This document shows, piece after piece, positions 1 through 9,011 of a stretch of DNA of 26,920 bases. Every line of letters starts with the position of its first letter. Position 1 is the first letter of the stretch. Source of the stretch: Octopus sinensis (lineage: Eukaryota); contig NW_021834105.1 in the NCBI RefSeq assembly GCF_006345805.1, forward strand, positions 1 through 26,920, in the 5' to 3' direction. A program made the translations under genes and the position numbers. The notes beneath the pieces were generated by a model. That model saw only the letters and a list, made by a program, of their open reading frames with translations. It was not told the origin of the DNA and did no database searches.

Positions 1-164
1 ACAGACACAAGTAAACCAAACTAATTAGGATGACCCAAAGGGACGTCCAATGGGTGTGTGGGTAGCAAATGATCCTTTTGTTAACGGCGCCTCCCAACGG
101 GTGGATCACATGACGCCTTTTCTAATAGGAAAGAAGTCAAGAACAAGAAATCCAGTTCGACCAG

Positions 165-235
165 ATAGCGCTGGGAATCGAACCCAGAACCCTCAGGTTA
201 AGGGCATGGAAGCCCCAGGGTAACTGGCCCACCAT
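165..235 (-). other. tRNA-derived pseudogene or SINE head (tRNA-Lys-like 3' half)
   Basis: Minus strand reads ...CCTTAACCTGAGGGTTCTGGGTTCGATTCCCAG, with a B-box (GGTTCGATTCC) and T-arm resembling the tRNA-Lys 3' half. The 5' half does not fold into a convincing D-arm or acceptor stem. Confidence 0.3.
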
Positions 236-484
236 GAACAGTTTAAAAAACGTGAAACTGTTAAATAAAAATTTAAACTTTTTAATATAAAAATCCGGAA
301 AAAATATAGACATTTTATCCCCAATTCGACCCATTTCCTATCTAATTCAACAAAAATAAAATTTCAATTTTTTTGCCTACCAGAAAAACATGCGGGTACA
401 TTTTACCAATAATTTCATATAGGACGTTATTTAACCAAAATTAGGCGATACAAATAAAATTTATTCCCAAAATCATAATGATTT

Positions 485-511
485 GGAGTGATCAATCCGA
501 TTTATCACTCC
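485..511. repeat. Short hairpin (12-bp arms with one mismatch, 3-nt loop)
   Basis: GGAGTGATCAAT-CCG-ATTTATCACTCC; arms match 11/12. Confidence 0.5.
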
Positions 512-2610
512 GGACACTTAGAACTGGCCCGGACGCTATAACTTACGACATTAATTAATAATTTTTTTCTTTAACTAAAGGAAACTCAAAATAGTATGAG
601 ATATACTATTAAATATTATGACCAAAAATTTCTCGTAAATTGTATACTATTTGAAGTGCCCAATAATCTCTCTAAAATTATTTGTTTAAGATCTCTCAAA
701 GTTGTTTTCTTACGCCACATTCAAAAAACTTCTTCCACCAGTTAAAGAACTGGTGTCGGTTTTATTAGCGTCGCTTGTCGTGAATTGGTGCAGAGACGGG
801 AAAAGATTTTTGGTCATACTAATTTGATAGTATTAAACTCAATCGTATTAATTATCGTAACTGGTAATTTTTAAAATCAGAATTTGCTAGTAGCCGCACT
901 GTGGATAGCAAGCGAGTTACCTCGCAAGATTGCTATTAAATAGTAATGAAAATCCTTGTTTTCAAAAATATGTTGTTTGAAACAAATGCAAAATACTCAT
1001 CCAGATTACCACACATAGTAAAATTAGAATTTGTTGTAATATGTCACGAGCTGATCCATTTTCGAAATAACATCTCGACTCTCAATCTGCACTGATATTT
1101 GATCAAGGTACTTCTTTATTGTGGCAGTTACTTCCTTAATTGTCAGAATTGGTCTTTTTCTGTTATTTATGTTTTCGCTAAACCTGCAGAGGAGTCCATG
1201 TCAATGTTGAAAAATATCCTCTAGTGAATTAGAAACGGGAGATCTTTGAGAATATGAGTTTTTAAAGTATAAATTGTTTCACTACCTGAACTGTAGTGCC
1301 GAGATATGACTTGTAGAAGACTTCCCCAACGATGAAAGGAGAGAATTGAATCGCAGTGTGGATATTAATTCATCGATAAAATGTGTGTTATATTCTGCAG
1401 ATAGATTATACCATTTATTAGGGAATCACGCAATGCCCTGTCATTCCGGAGTTGTCTAGAGTTAAGGACGAATGATACTTAAGAACTGAAGGACTTATTA
1501 TTTTATCGATTAAAACTTGTAAATATAATTTATTTTCATCGAATGAGTGCTCAGTACACATAATTAATACTTTTTAGTGATTAAATGTATTTATTCTTAT
1601 CTGCCAAATGAGCCGTGAGGAAAGAATTTGTGTAAAAGACCCACAAGGGCAAGCGAAATATTCACAAGCTCGCACATGCTGCCGTTTAAAAATATTCCAA
1701 TCTTAGAGAAAATTGTGCACTTAAAATATAAGTACATTATCCCAAAGTTGACAAATTGATTGCTTGCCTCAAAGCACTTGTTGTAAAGAACAATCATCTA
1801 ATGTTATTCAAGTATGAACAATCATCTAATGTTAAAATCGATCAATTTTACTTTAAATAAAGCATACAATTACTCGGAAAATTTGAATTTTAGAGAAGTA
1901 TGTTGAATAAACAATTGAATTCCAATGATATAGAAAATAATGAAATTCGACGATCATTTTATTGCACTTTCTGATTATTTTTTATTGACTGAATGTCAGG
2001 CTACATCGTGCGCAGTGCAACGATCATTTTTGATTCTAAACAAAATCTTGACAAAGGATAAGAATTTAAATCAGAAAATGTAAAAAAAGAAAGAAGCTAG
2101 AGAGTGATCACGAGAAAATAAAACAAGCACAACTCTGGAAGTTGAATAATAGAGGAGTCAGAGTATTGATGACATAATTGGCAAACTTATAAAATACTTG
2201 CCAAGCTCACTTCCTCATCAATTATGCGACATACTAAACGGCATATTTACGATACATACAGAAGTTTTACTTGGACAAAGAGTCCTAATTGCTATACAGA
2301 AACAAAGCCGTAAAAACTTAAAATTCAGTTGGATACTTCACACAAAGATTGAAAAAAATAAACATTTGGATTTTTTAATCAAACCGAAAGATACGAGAAG
2401 ACAAAAACTATCAGATATTTCATTGTGGAATTCGACTCGAAAAATTCAACTCACTGATCTTAAATTCCGCAGTAAGTTGTAAAGCATTTCAAGTAGCTCA
2501 AGTTGCATGAAATCGTTGCATGTCAGTTTATTTAAGTGACGAAAATGTTGTTATGATAGATAGAGTTTTTTAAAATTATTTAAACGTGTTTCGAATTCAT
2601 ATATTAATTT

Positions 2611-2965
2611 GTATGGGATGTTACCGTTTTGGATACCTTCTCAAAGTCGAGGATCCATTCTTCCGCTGCGAACTCTTGTTCGGCTGGAAACCACGCCGAA
2701 AAGATGAAACTACAAAAATATTCTTCCCTCGCGGACCGCTACCGTGTTACGCCAATCGCCCTGAAGACCGCTGCAGCCGCGGCAAAGGAGACCGACTCGT
2801 TCCTCAACGAGTTCGGGCAGTCCATTGGGAGGAAGATTAAGGACCCGAGAGAGGGCCTCTGGTTCCGCCAGCGCATCTGTCTGGCCATCGTTCGCGGCAA
2901 CGCACACTGCGTCCTTGCCGCTGGCACATAACGCTAATTAATAATTGATTTTTAATGTAAAAAAA
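2611..2965 (+). mobile_element. 5'-truncated CRE-type non-LTR retrotransposon (RLE C-terminus with short A-tail)
   Basis: Frame of ORF 2629-2931 extends upstream to WDVTVLDT and continues AEKMKLQKY...TPIAL...WFRQRICLAIVRGNA. This matches the C-terminus of the longer copy at 22393-23523. An A-run follows near 2958. Confidence 0.8.
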
Positions 2966-3891
2966 TTCAGTAAAAGCATGGTGTTTAAAGAATGTTCACG
3001 ATTTATTTACATATTTATATACACGATGTTTATACAACTAACAATCATTCATGAATAGTGATGCTAGTGATTTAGATTTGCGTTTTCAAACATTTAGTTG
3101 GTAAATGACTGCCGGATCCTCGCAATATATTTGCCAGTCTCCGTTAATTAATGATGATTCTTGTCAAGATAATGCTTAGAAGTATAATCAAATACCCCTC
3201 ATACTGAACTTTAAAGGAGTCAACGAAAACCGTCTTCAATTACCATTCCAGCAAAATAAATTGGTATTTTATTGTTCCGCTTATATTTTCCGATATAATC
3301 AGAACTTTGGAATTATAAAATGTATTATAAATTTTAGAAATTGAAATCAAGGGGAAATGGTCTGAAAATTAATTCAAAGTTTTAAAATACTGTAAAATCA
3401 GTATAAACTAACTTAATTGTTATTGAGAATAGAGTCAAGTGTCACTAGAAATAGACAACAACTATCACATCTGCGTTGCTATAAACGCTAAACGCTTAAG
3501 GTTTCGTTTGTGCCAAACACACAATTTGTTTATAAGAGCTAGAGAAAAAACATTTAAATTAATTATTCAATTTTAAAACGAATTAAGATATGAATCCAAT
3601 TCTTTTTTGTCTTTAAATGTTTTTTTTATTGGAGTACAGATGATAGATAGAGGAAGGCACATTACATTCCATTAGAAATACATTAATTCATATTGGAAAT
3701 CCACCTGAAATAAAATATTTGTGACGGCGTAACTTGTCAACCTGATCAAAGCTTCCATTAAATTAAAATCTAAAGTATCGGTGCAGGAAAAGCTATTCCA
3801 AAAAAGTTCCTTTTAGTTTGATGCAAATTGAAATCTTTTATAAAATATATAAAGTGTAAAAGTTTTTTTTTATAGATTTGTCATATAAAAT

Positions 3892-3965
3892 GCCCCGGTA
3901 GCTCAGTTGGTTAGAGCGTCGTGCTAATAACGCGAAGGTCTAGGGTTCGAGTCCCTGTCGGGGCA
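3892..3965 (+). tRNA. tRNA-Ile (anticodon AAT)
   Basis: Full cloverleaf: acceptor GCCCCGG/TCGGGGC, A-box in TAGCTCAGTTGGTTAGAGC, anticodon loop CTAATAA, T-arm TAGGG-TTCGAGT-CCCTG. No encoded CCA; T4 terminator at 3972-3975. An A34 anticodon is typical of eukaryotes. Confidence 0.97.
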
Positions 3966-4159
3966 TTTAAGTTTTACAAAAAATAAGTGTTGATTAAAAT
4001 TGGCTAGATACATGTTGGCCTGCAGTCTAAAATTATCTCAACAAAATCTGGCTGCCTCTGTTCATTATGCTCTAAAGATACTAGAAAATTTATTTTCCTA
4101 ATCCAAACGATCTTATTGGCTGTTGTGCGTGGCACAGCTGTTCTATTCGAAATACATAG

Positions 4160-4330
4160 TCATTTTTTTGACTCTTCAGCATGAGGAGAACCAGAGCCCG
4201 GGTTGCTGAGAGTCTTAGGTAGGATCGTCGCAGAAAAAGAGTCGATGCAGGTGCCATCCTACACGAGGGACTTTTCTTCCCGAAAAAGAAGGATAGTCGT
4301 TCCATCTGGACGCTTACTGTCACTCCAGGA
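4160..4330 (-). mobile_element. Degraded CRE-type RLE fragment
   Basis: Minus frame not listed in the ORF track: DSKRPDGTTILLFREEKSLV*DGTCIDSFS...PGSGSPHAEESKK. It is colinear with GDGKRPDG...SLVWDSTCVD...PGSAADAAEQRK of the 22393-23523 copy. Confidence 0.7.
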
Positions 4331-4569
4331 GAACAAGAAGATATTTAAAACATATTTTGTCGAGAGCGCAGATAGTGATCAAGCGCTGCAAGCGATCCAT
4401 AAATGTTGATGATTGTCAGAAATAAAAAAGAAACTAATTATCTAAATAATTTTCCAAGTCCAGAAGTGAACAGAGGATGGCACTCCACGCACCTCCTCCC
4501 TTTCTTTTTCCTCTTCTTTGGCACTTTAGACCTTCGAGAAGGTGCAGTCCAGCGCCAGGAAAGGGCTGA

Positions 4570-4767
4570 ATTGGCGAGCATCAAACGAGACACTCTCCAC
4601 AGTTCTCTTAAGAACAGTTGACTGTATATAAGCCTGTAGAGACTTATCTACACTTAGCTGTACCGCTTGTGGTATTTGGTGACCAGTCTATCCCATGTCA
4701 TCACACACGGAATGACATTGACTTTGCACTGGTGTATCCGCCTTAGCTCGTTTGCAAGGAGGTCATA
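4570..4767 (-). mobile_element. 3' fragment of a second RLE-type non-LTR retrotransposon family
   Basis: Minus translation YDLLANELRRIHQCKVNVIPCVMTWDRLVTKYHKRYS / frameshift / VDKSLQAYIQSTVLKRTVESVSFDARQ. Recalled as the C-terminus of RLE retrotransposon proteins; not searched. Confidence 0.6.
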
Positions 4768-4892
4768 AATTCATATTTTGATTGATGGACTCCCATCTTC
4801 CTATTCATTCTTCTGAAGGCTGCAAATTATCCTCTCAGAATTAAACAGTTAGTCATCATCTTTTAATAAATAGCAATAAAAAACGTTTATTC
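4768..4892 (-). pseudogene. Ginger/gypsy-like integrase C-terminal remnant (continues 6459-6810 across the Tc1 insertion)
   Basis: Encodes RRMNRKMGVHQSKYEF, nearly identical to KRMNKKMGVQRSKYEF in the copy at 15240-15290. Confidence 0.6.
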
Positions 4893-4894
4893 TA

Positions 4895-4961
4895 CAGTAC
4901 CGGTCATATGTTTTAGACATTCTGAAAAAATCCCAGTGTTTGATTTTTCTAAAGAAAAATC
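4895..4961 (+). repeat. Tc1-like left terminal inverted repeat (67 bp)
   Basis: Exact reverse complement of 6390-6456, checked base by base. Confidence 0.97.
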
Positions 4962-5174
4962 TTATTAAAAAAATGCTTTTCATTAAGCATTATCCATTTT
5001 TTTTAGTTATTTATTTTTTCCCAATCTCATCGTCACTGTATTTTCGACATCTTGATCTTTTTATAGATTTTGTCGAAACTGGCCCAGTCATATATGTTTT
5101 AGACATTTACGATGCACATCCATAATCTGGAATTTTTAAAAGTTAAAACGAGTTTTTATTAATTAAAACACAAG

Positions 5175-6158
5175 TTAGTATTTAGTTACATCTCCTTTTT
5201 TCGATATTACATCATGTATTCTATTTGGGATCGACAAATACAAGTTTTGAATATAATCATCTCCCATCTTGTTCCATTCATCTTTTGCCATCTCCCATAG
5301 TTGCTTAACGTTCTGAGGGTTTCTATTTCTGATTTTGCTCTTTAAATAATGCCAGCAATTTTCTATTATGTTAAGATCTGGCGATTGTGCAGGCCAATTG
5401 TTTAAAATATTCACTCCTTTTTCAAGCAAATAATTTTTTGTAGACCGTGAAGTATGACATGATGCACCATCTTGTTGGAAAATAAAGTTATCATCATATA
5501 TCTCAGAAAGCCCTTGTTCCAAGATTCGTTGATATTCTACGGAATCTACATTTCCTTCGCACAATATCAAGGCACTTTTTCCATCGTGTCTGATACCGCC
5601 CCAAACCATGATTGAAGGTGCGAATTTCTGAGTTTTCGTTGTGTAGTTCGAATTGAATCTATTTCCAGGAGGTCTCCTTACGAATTCTCGTGCTTTCGAA
5701 ATTAATTCGATGCGGCACTCGTCAGTAAAAATGACCTTATTCCAATCGAATGAAATGTTTCTAGTGCAGAATATTTTTCTCTTCTTGATATTATTAGTTG
5801 AAAGTCTAGGTTTTTTGGCTGCTATTCTTACGAAAAGTTCATTTTTGCGTAAGATTCTTCGTACAGTTTCGACACTGACGGTTTCCGTAATATTTAGGTC
5901 TTTTCTGATTTCATTCGCTGTTTTTTTGGGAAAACGTCGAGACTCACGTACAAGATTCCTTTGAGCACGTGCCGAAAGAATACAATTTCTTCCAGATTTT
6001 GGTCTGTCGTAAAACCCATTTCCATCCAAATACCGTTGGTAAGTGTGATTTACGGCGCATCTGGATATTCCAAGTAAAATCGATATTTCCTGTACGGTAT
6101 GACCATTTTCTCGCATAAAAACAATTCTATGACGCTGTTCAACAGAAAGTCGTGGCAT
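5175..6158 (-). CDS. Tc1-family DDE transposase, 327 aa
   Basis: N-terminal HTH/paired-like region with GR motif; FTDE, MVWGGI, FQQDGASCH and WPAQSPDLNIIEN motifs. The second D and the E are separated by 35 residues. Confidence 0.97.
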   Translation of the reverse strand: MPRLSVEQRHRIVFMRENGHTVQEISILLGISRCAVNHTYQRYLDGNGFYDRPKSGRNCILSARAQRNLVRESRRFPKKTANEIRKDLNITETVSVETVRRILRKNELFVRIAAKKPRLSTNNIKKRKIFCTRNISFDWNKVIFTDECRIELISKAREFVRRPPGNRFNSNYTTKTQKFAPSIMVWGGIRHDGKSALILCEGNVDSVEYQRILEQGLSEIYDDNFIFQQDGASCHTSRSTKNYLLEKGVNILNNWPAQSPDLNIIENCWHYLKSKIRNRNPQNVKQLWEMAKDEWNKMGDDYIQNLYLSIPNRIHDVISKKGDVTKY

Positions 6159-6389
6159 ACTGCTTTCAAATTAATTTAAAACACGTTTCCGATACGAAAA
6201 ATAGAAAAAAAGTATAAATTTTATTGAAATATAATGAATTTAAATAAAATGTCTAAAACATATGACTGGGCCAATTTCGACAAAATCCTTAAACATATGA
6301 AGAAGTCGAAGATAAAGCGAAGATAAGATATGAAAATGATAAATATAAATAATATAGATAATACTTACTAAAAAACTTTTATTTTATTG

Positions 6390-6456
6390 GATTTTTCTTT
6401 AGAAAAATCAAACACTGGGATTTTTTCAGAATGTCTAAAACATATGACCGGTACTG
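6390..6456 (-). repeat. Tc1-like right terminal inverted repeat (67 bp)
   Basis: Exact reverse complement of 4895-4961. Confidence 0.97.
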
Positions 6457-6458
6457 TA

Positions 6459-6810
6459 AATTTCAAGGTTTTCTACACTTCCAATTCTACTATATCAGAA
6501 CTTTTTAAATTTTTCTCAACATCTGATTCAGCAACAATGTTAAATCCAGGAATACCACGATATCTTTGAAGTGGATTAGCGCCTAGAAAATAAAAATGCA
6601 ATTTACAAGTGGACGAATGAGCTCTGATTGCATAAAAATACACCCTTTCGAATGTGTTTTATCCACTCTTGTTTATCATCCGAGGCCATCATTTTGGATA
6701 ACAACCTTGTAATCCTCCGATCAAATCGTTCAAGTATCCCCTGATTGTTCGGCCTTCCATGAGTAATTTTGAATTCTTTACATAAATTAGAAATGTGAAT
6801 ATTTTTGAAT
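6459..6810 (-). pseudogene. Ginger/gypsy-like integrase core fragment with a 24-nt intron (6583-6606)
   Basis: EFKNIHISNLCKEFKITHGRPNNQGILERFDRRITRLLSKMM...W, then a frameshift. AHSST|CANPLQRYRGIPGFN joins after removing GTAAATTGCATTTTTATTTTCTAG, and parallels HSAINETPFKKFRGIYGIN in the 14853-15558 copy. Confidence 0.7.
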
Positions 6811-6857
6811 TCAATTGTCGTAAGTATTAATAAGTAAATTGATTAGAATTTATTTAA

Positions 6858-7100
6858 TTAGCAGCAGAGAATAAGATGGAATGAAAATTCCACCAAAATG
6901 GCTATTGATATTCGTTGGAAAAACCATGTTCGTTTCCGATGATTATTTCTCCTTCTGCTTGCCAGGTCCCCCAGTTTAATAAGGAATTTTTTACTTATGG
7001 GACCGAGGACTCCCGACGTCTCCACTGCGATCGGGGCAAAGATATGACGGTGCACCGTATTTCTGAATTCTGTTATCAGAGTGTATATATCAGCAAGGGC
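6858..7100 (-). mobile_element. CRE-type retrotransposon 3' fragment
   Basis: HIFAPIAVETSGVLGP...WFFQRISIAI matches the CRE C-terminus at 22393-23523. Confidence 0.8.
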
Positions 7101-7229
7101 CATGACTCATGAAAATGTCGTTTAATTTTCAGCCTCTCTTTTGCAATTTACTTTTCAGACTTTACTTTTCAGAATAACAAGACATTTCCATTTCACATAA
7201 ATAAGTGGTGGGAAAGGGAATTATCACTT

Positions 7230-7408
7230 CCAGTCAACATTTTGTGGGTGATTTGTTTCCATATGTCTTTTTAATTGTGACGGCTTCAAAGAGTTGTTTC
7301 CCATTATGACGTCGCATATCAGCACTGCGCTTTATGGACGTTTTCAGATCCAGTATATTTGGTGAATCCATATTGGAGATAAGAATCAATCCATTTGCGA
7401 TTAACCAT
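7230..7408 (-). mobile_element. hAT (Buster/ZBED8-like) transposase N-terminal zinc-finger remnant
   Basis: MVNRKWIDSYLQYGFT...AQC / frameshift / ICDVIMGNNSLKPSQLKRHMETNHP. This is the C2H2 BED-like pattern typical of Buster-type hAT N-termini. Confidence 0.7.
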
Positions 7409-7547
7409 TACAATCAAATAACAAAAAAAACGTGAAATAAAATTAATTAAATATTCAAACGCATAAATAATTTTTTAGTTATAAAAATTAATTGACCTAA
7501 AGAAATAATGATCTATTTAAACAATTTTTTAGCCTTCTTTTTTAGTT

Positions 7548-8652
7548 TATACTTCCAAGAAGCTGATATATAGCTCTTGTTCTTGGAAGATGGATTTTAT
7601 TATCATTGGAGCTCCCATGTGTCTTTCAGCCATAGAAGCTTCATTTTCGGAAAAAATTTCGAATCTTTCTAAAATGATCGAGAGGCTTAAAAACATCGAG
7701 GCCCACGTCGCATTTTTTCTCCTCGAAATCACTTTTCCGTCCCCAAGGTCCTTTATACGCTAAGATGTGCACCCTGTTTCCACAGAAGTGACCTCATATC
7801 TGATTTCGATTACATCCTTAAGCTTGGTATGAACTCCCTATGCAATCTTGCTTTCGACGATTCTGGCTGGTCTCAAGCGACCTTACCTGTGCGCTGGGGT
7901 GGGCTTGGTCTGAGATACTGTTCCGATTTGGCTCTTCCGGCTTATCTGTCCTCTCATTTTGCCTTGCGCACTCTCTCAGACATCGTTCTCCGAAACCTTC
8001 CCGAACAGAAAGTGTCTGCAGACTTCATCGCGGCAGGTCTCTTATGGTAGGCCCGGTTGATTCGAGGCGGCCTGAGTCCGAGGACAACCAGCGCCAGTGG
8101 GACAAAATTGTATGTCGGTCTTTGTACGAAAAACTCACTCTCGATACTTAACCAACACAAATTTGTCAGACCCATAAATGTCGCTGTGGCGGAACTGTGG
8201 ACGAGTTCGGGTTACATCCCCTCTCCTGACGGCTTAACTACATCCCCTTTGAGAGGGAAAATTCCTTATATGGGATTCTACTTGCTGTGACACATTCTCC
8301 AACGGGAACCTAGCCAGGTCGGCCGTCGACCCAGGCTTTGCTTCCAATCGCGCTGAAGATCTCAAAATCCTGAAATACGGTCATCTCTCCAGCTTCGTTT
8401 TCACGCTCATCGCCATTGAGACCTCTGGGGTCTTCGGCCGCAAGTCGCTTTGTTTCCTACGCAGTTTGGGGAGAAGAATCGCCAAAAGGAGGGACGACCC
8501 GAGAGAGTCCTTTTGGCTTCTTCAACGCCTCTCCATTGCCGTAATCCGCGGCAACTGCTTCGCAATCCGTGAGGCTGGGAGGGCGCCTAACCTGCGTAGT
8601 CTTAAACAATCTTTCTCCCTTTTCTAACTGTCTATTTGTAATTATAAAAAAA
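7548..8652 (+). mobile_element. Degraded CRE-type retrotransposon (post-RT region plus RLE, internal deletions)
   Basis: Fragments IIGAPM..., MIERLKNIEAHVAFFLL, WSQATLPVRWGGLGLR..DLALPAYLSS, HKCRC..HPLS, PDG, WDSTCCD, IAIETSG and LQRLSIAVIRGN occur in the same order as in 21371-23523. An A-run follows near 8645. Confidence 0.85.
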
Positions 8653-9011
8653 ATTAACATGACAGATGTTGGCCCTGTCAAATTACCTGTCACTCTCAGC
8701 GCTCGCGACATATTTGGATTGTGTAACCAAGACTTTGATTACATGGCAGTATCACATTAAAGATGATGCACCTGGGGCTAAAAAATTTTCAAAAAATAGT
8801 TTCTTATGCAGCAAAACAAATGTTTTTTCGACATACATTGTATACAATTTTTCAACATTTACAGAAACCATTTGCGTAAGTAAAGACTAATTACGCATTT
8901 CCTATCACTTGACTTATATGTCGGAATAAAAAATGTTAATTTATGTTGGTTATACATATTGTCGGGCAAAATTATCATCTATCATAATTGAAGTATTGAA
9001 CAATAAAAAAT

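Larger units (their letters stand above)
4895..6456 (-). mobile_element. Complete Tc1/mariner-superfamily DNA transposon (IR/DR-type ends)
   Basis: Perfect 67-bp TIRs starting CAGTACCGG, TA on both sides (4893-4894, 6457-6458), inner inverted repeats at 5066-5108 and 6247-6287, and an uninterrupted transposase ORF. Confidence 0.97.

Noticed and set aside
1788-1834. 19-bp direct repeat GAACAATCATCTAATGTTA with a 9-bp spacer
   Set aside because: Only two copies with no associated element; likely local slippage.
3100-3260. Minus-strand YLDKNHH*LTETGKYIARI, vaguely helicase-like
   Set aside because: Too short and riddled with stops, with no supporting helicase motifs nearby.
5653-5964. Antisense or overlapping ORFs (e.g. 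5653-5964, 10523-10909, 16374-16694, 21433-21882, 22617-23165)
   Set aside because: They are shadows of real genes or TE ORFs on the other strand or frame, with no recognisable motifs.
8600-8900. ORFs 8569-8760 and 8666-8890 as a host gene
   Set aside because: No recognisable domain, and I could not build a consistent spliced model.
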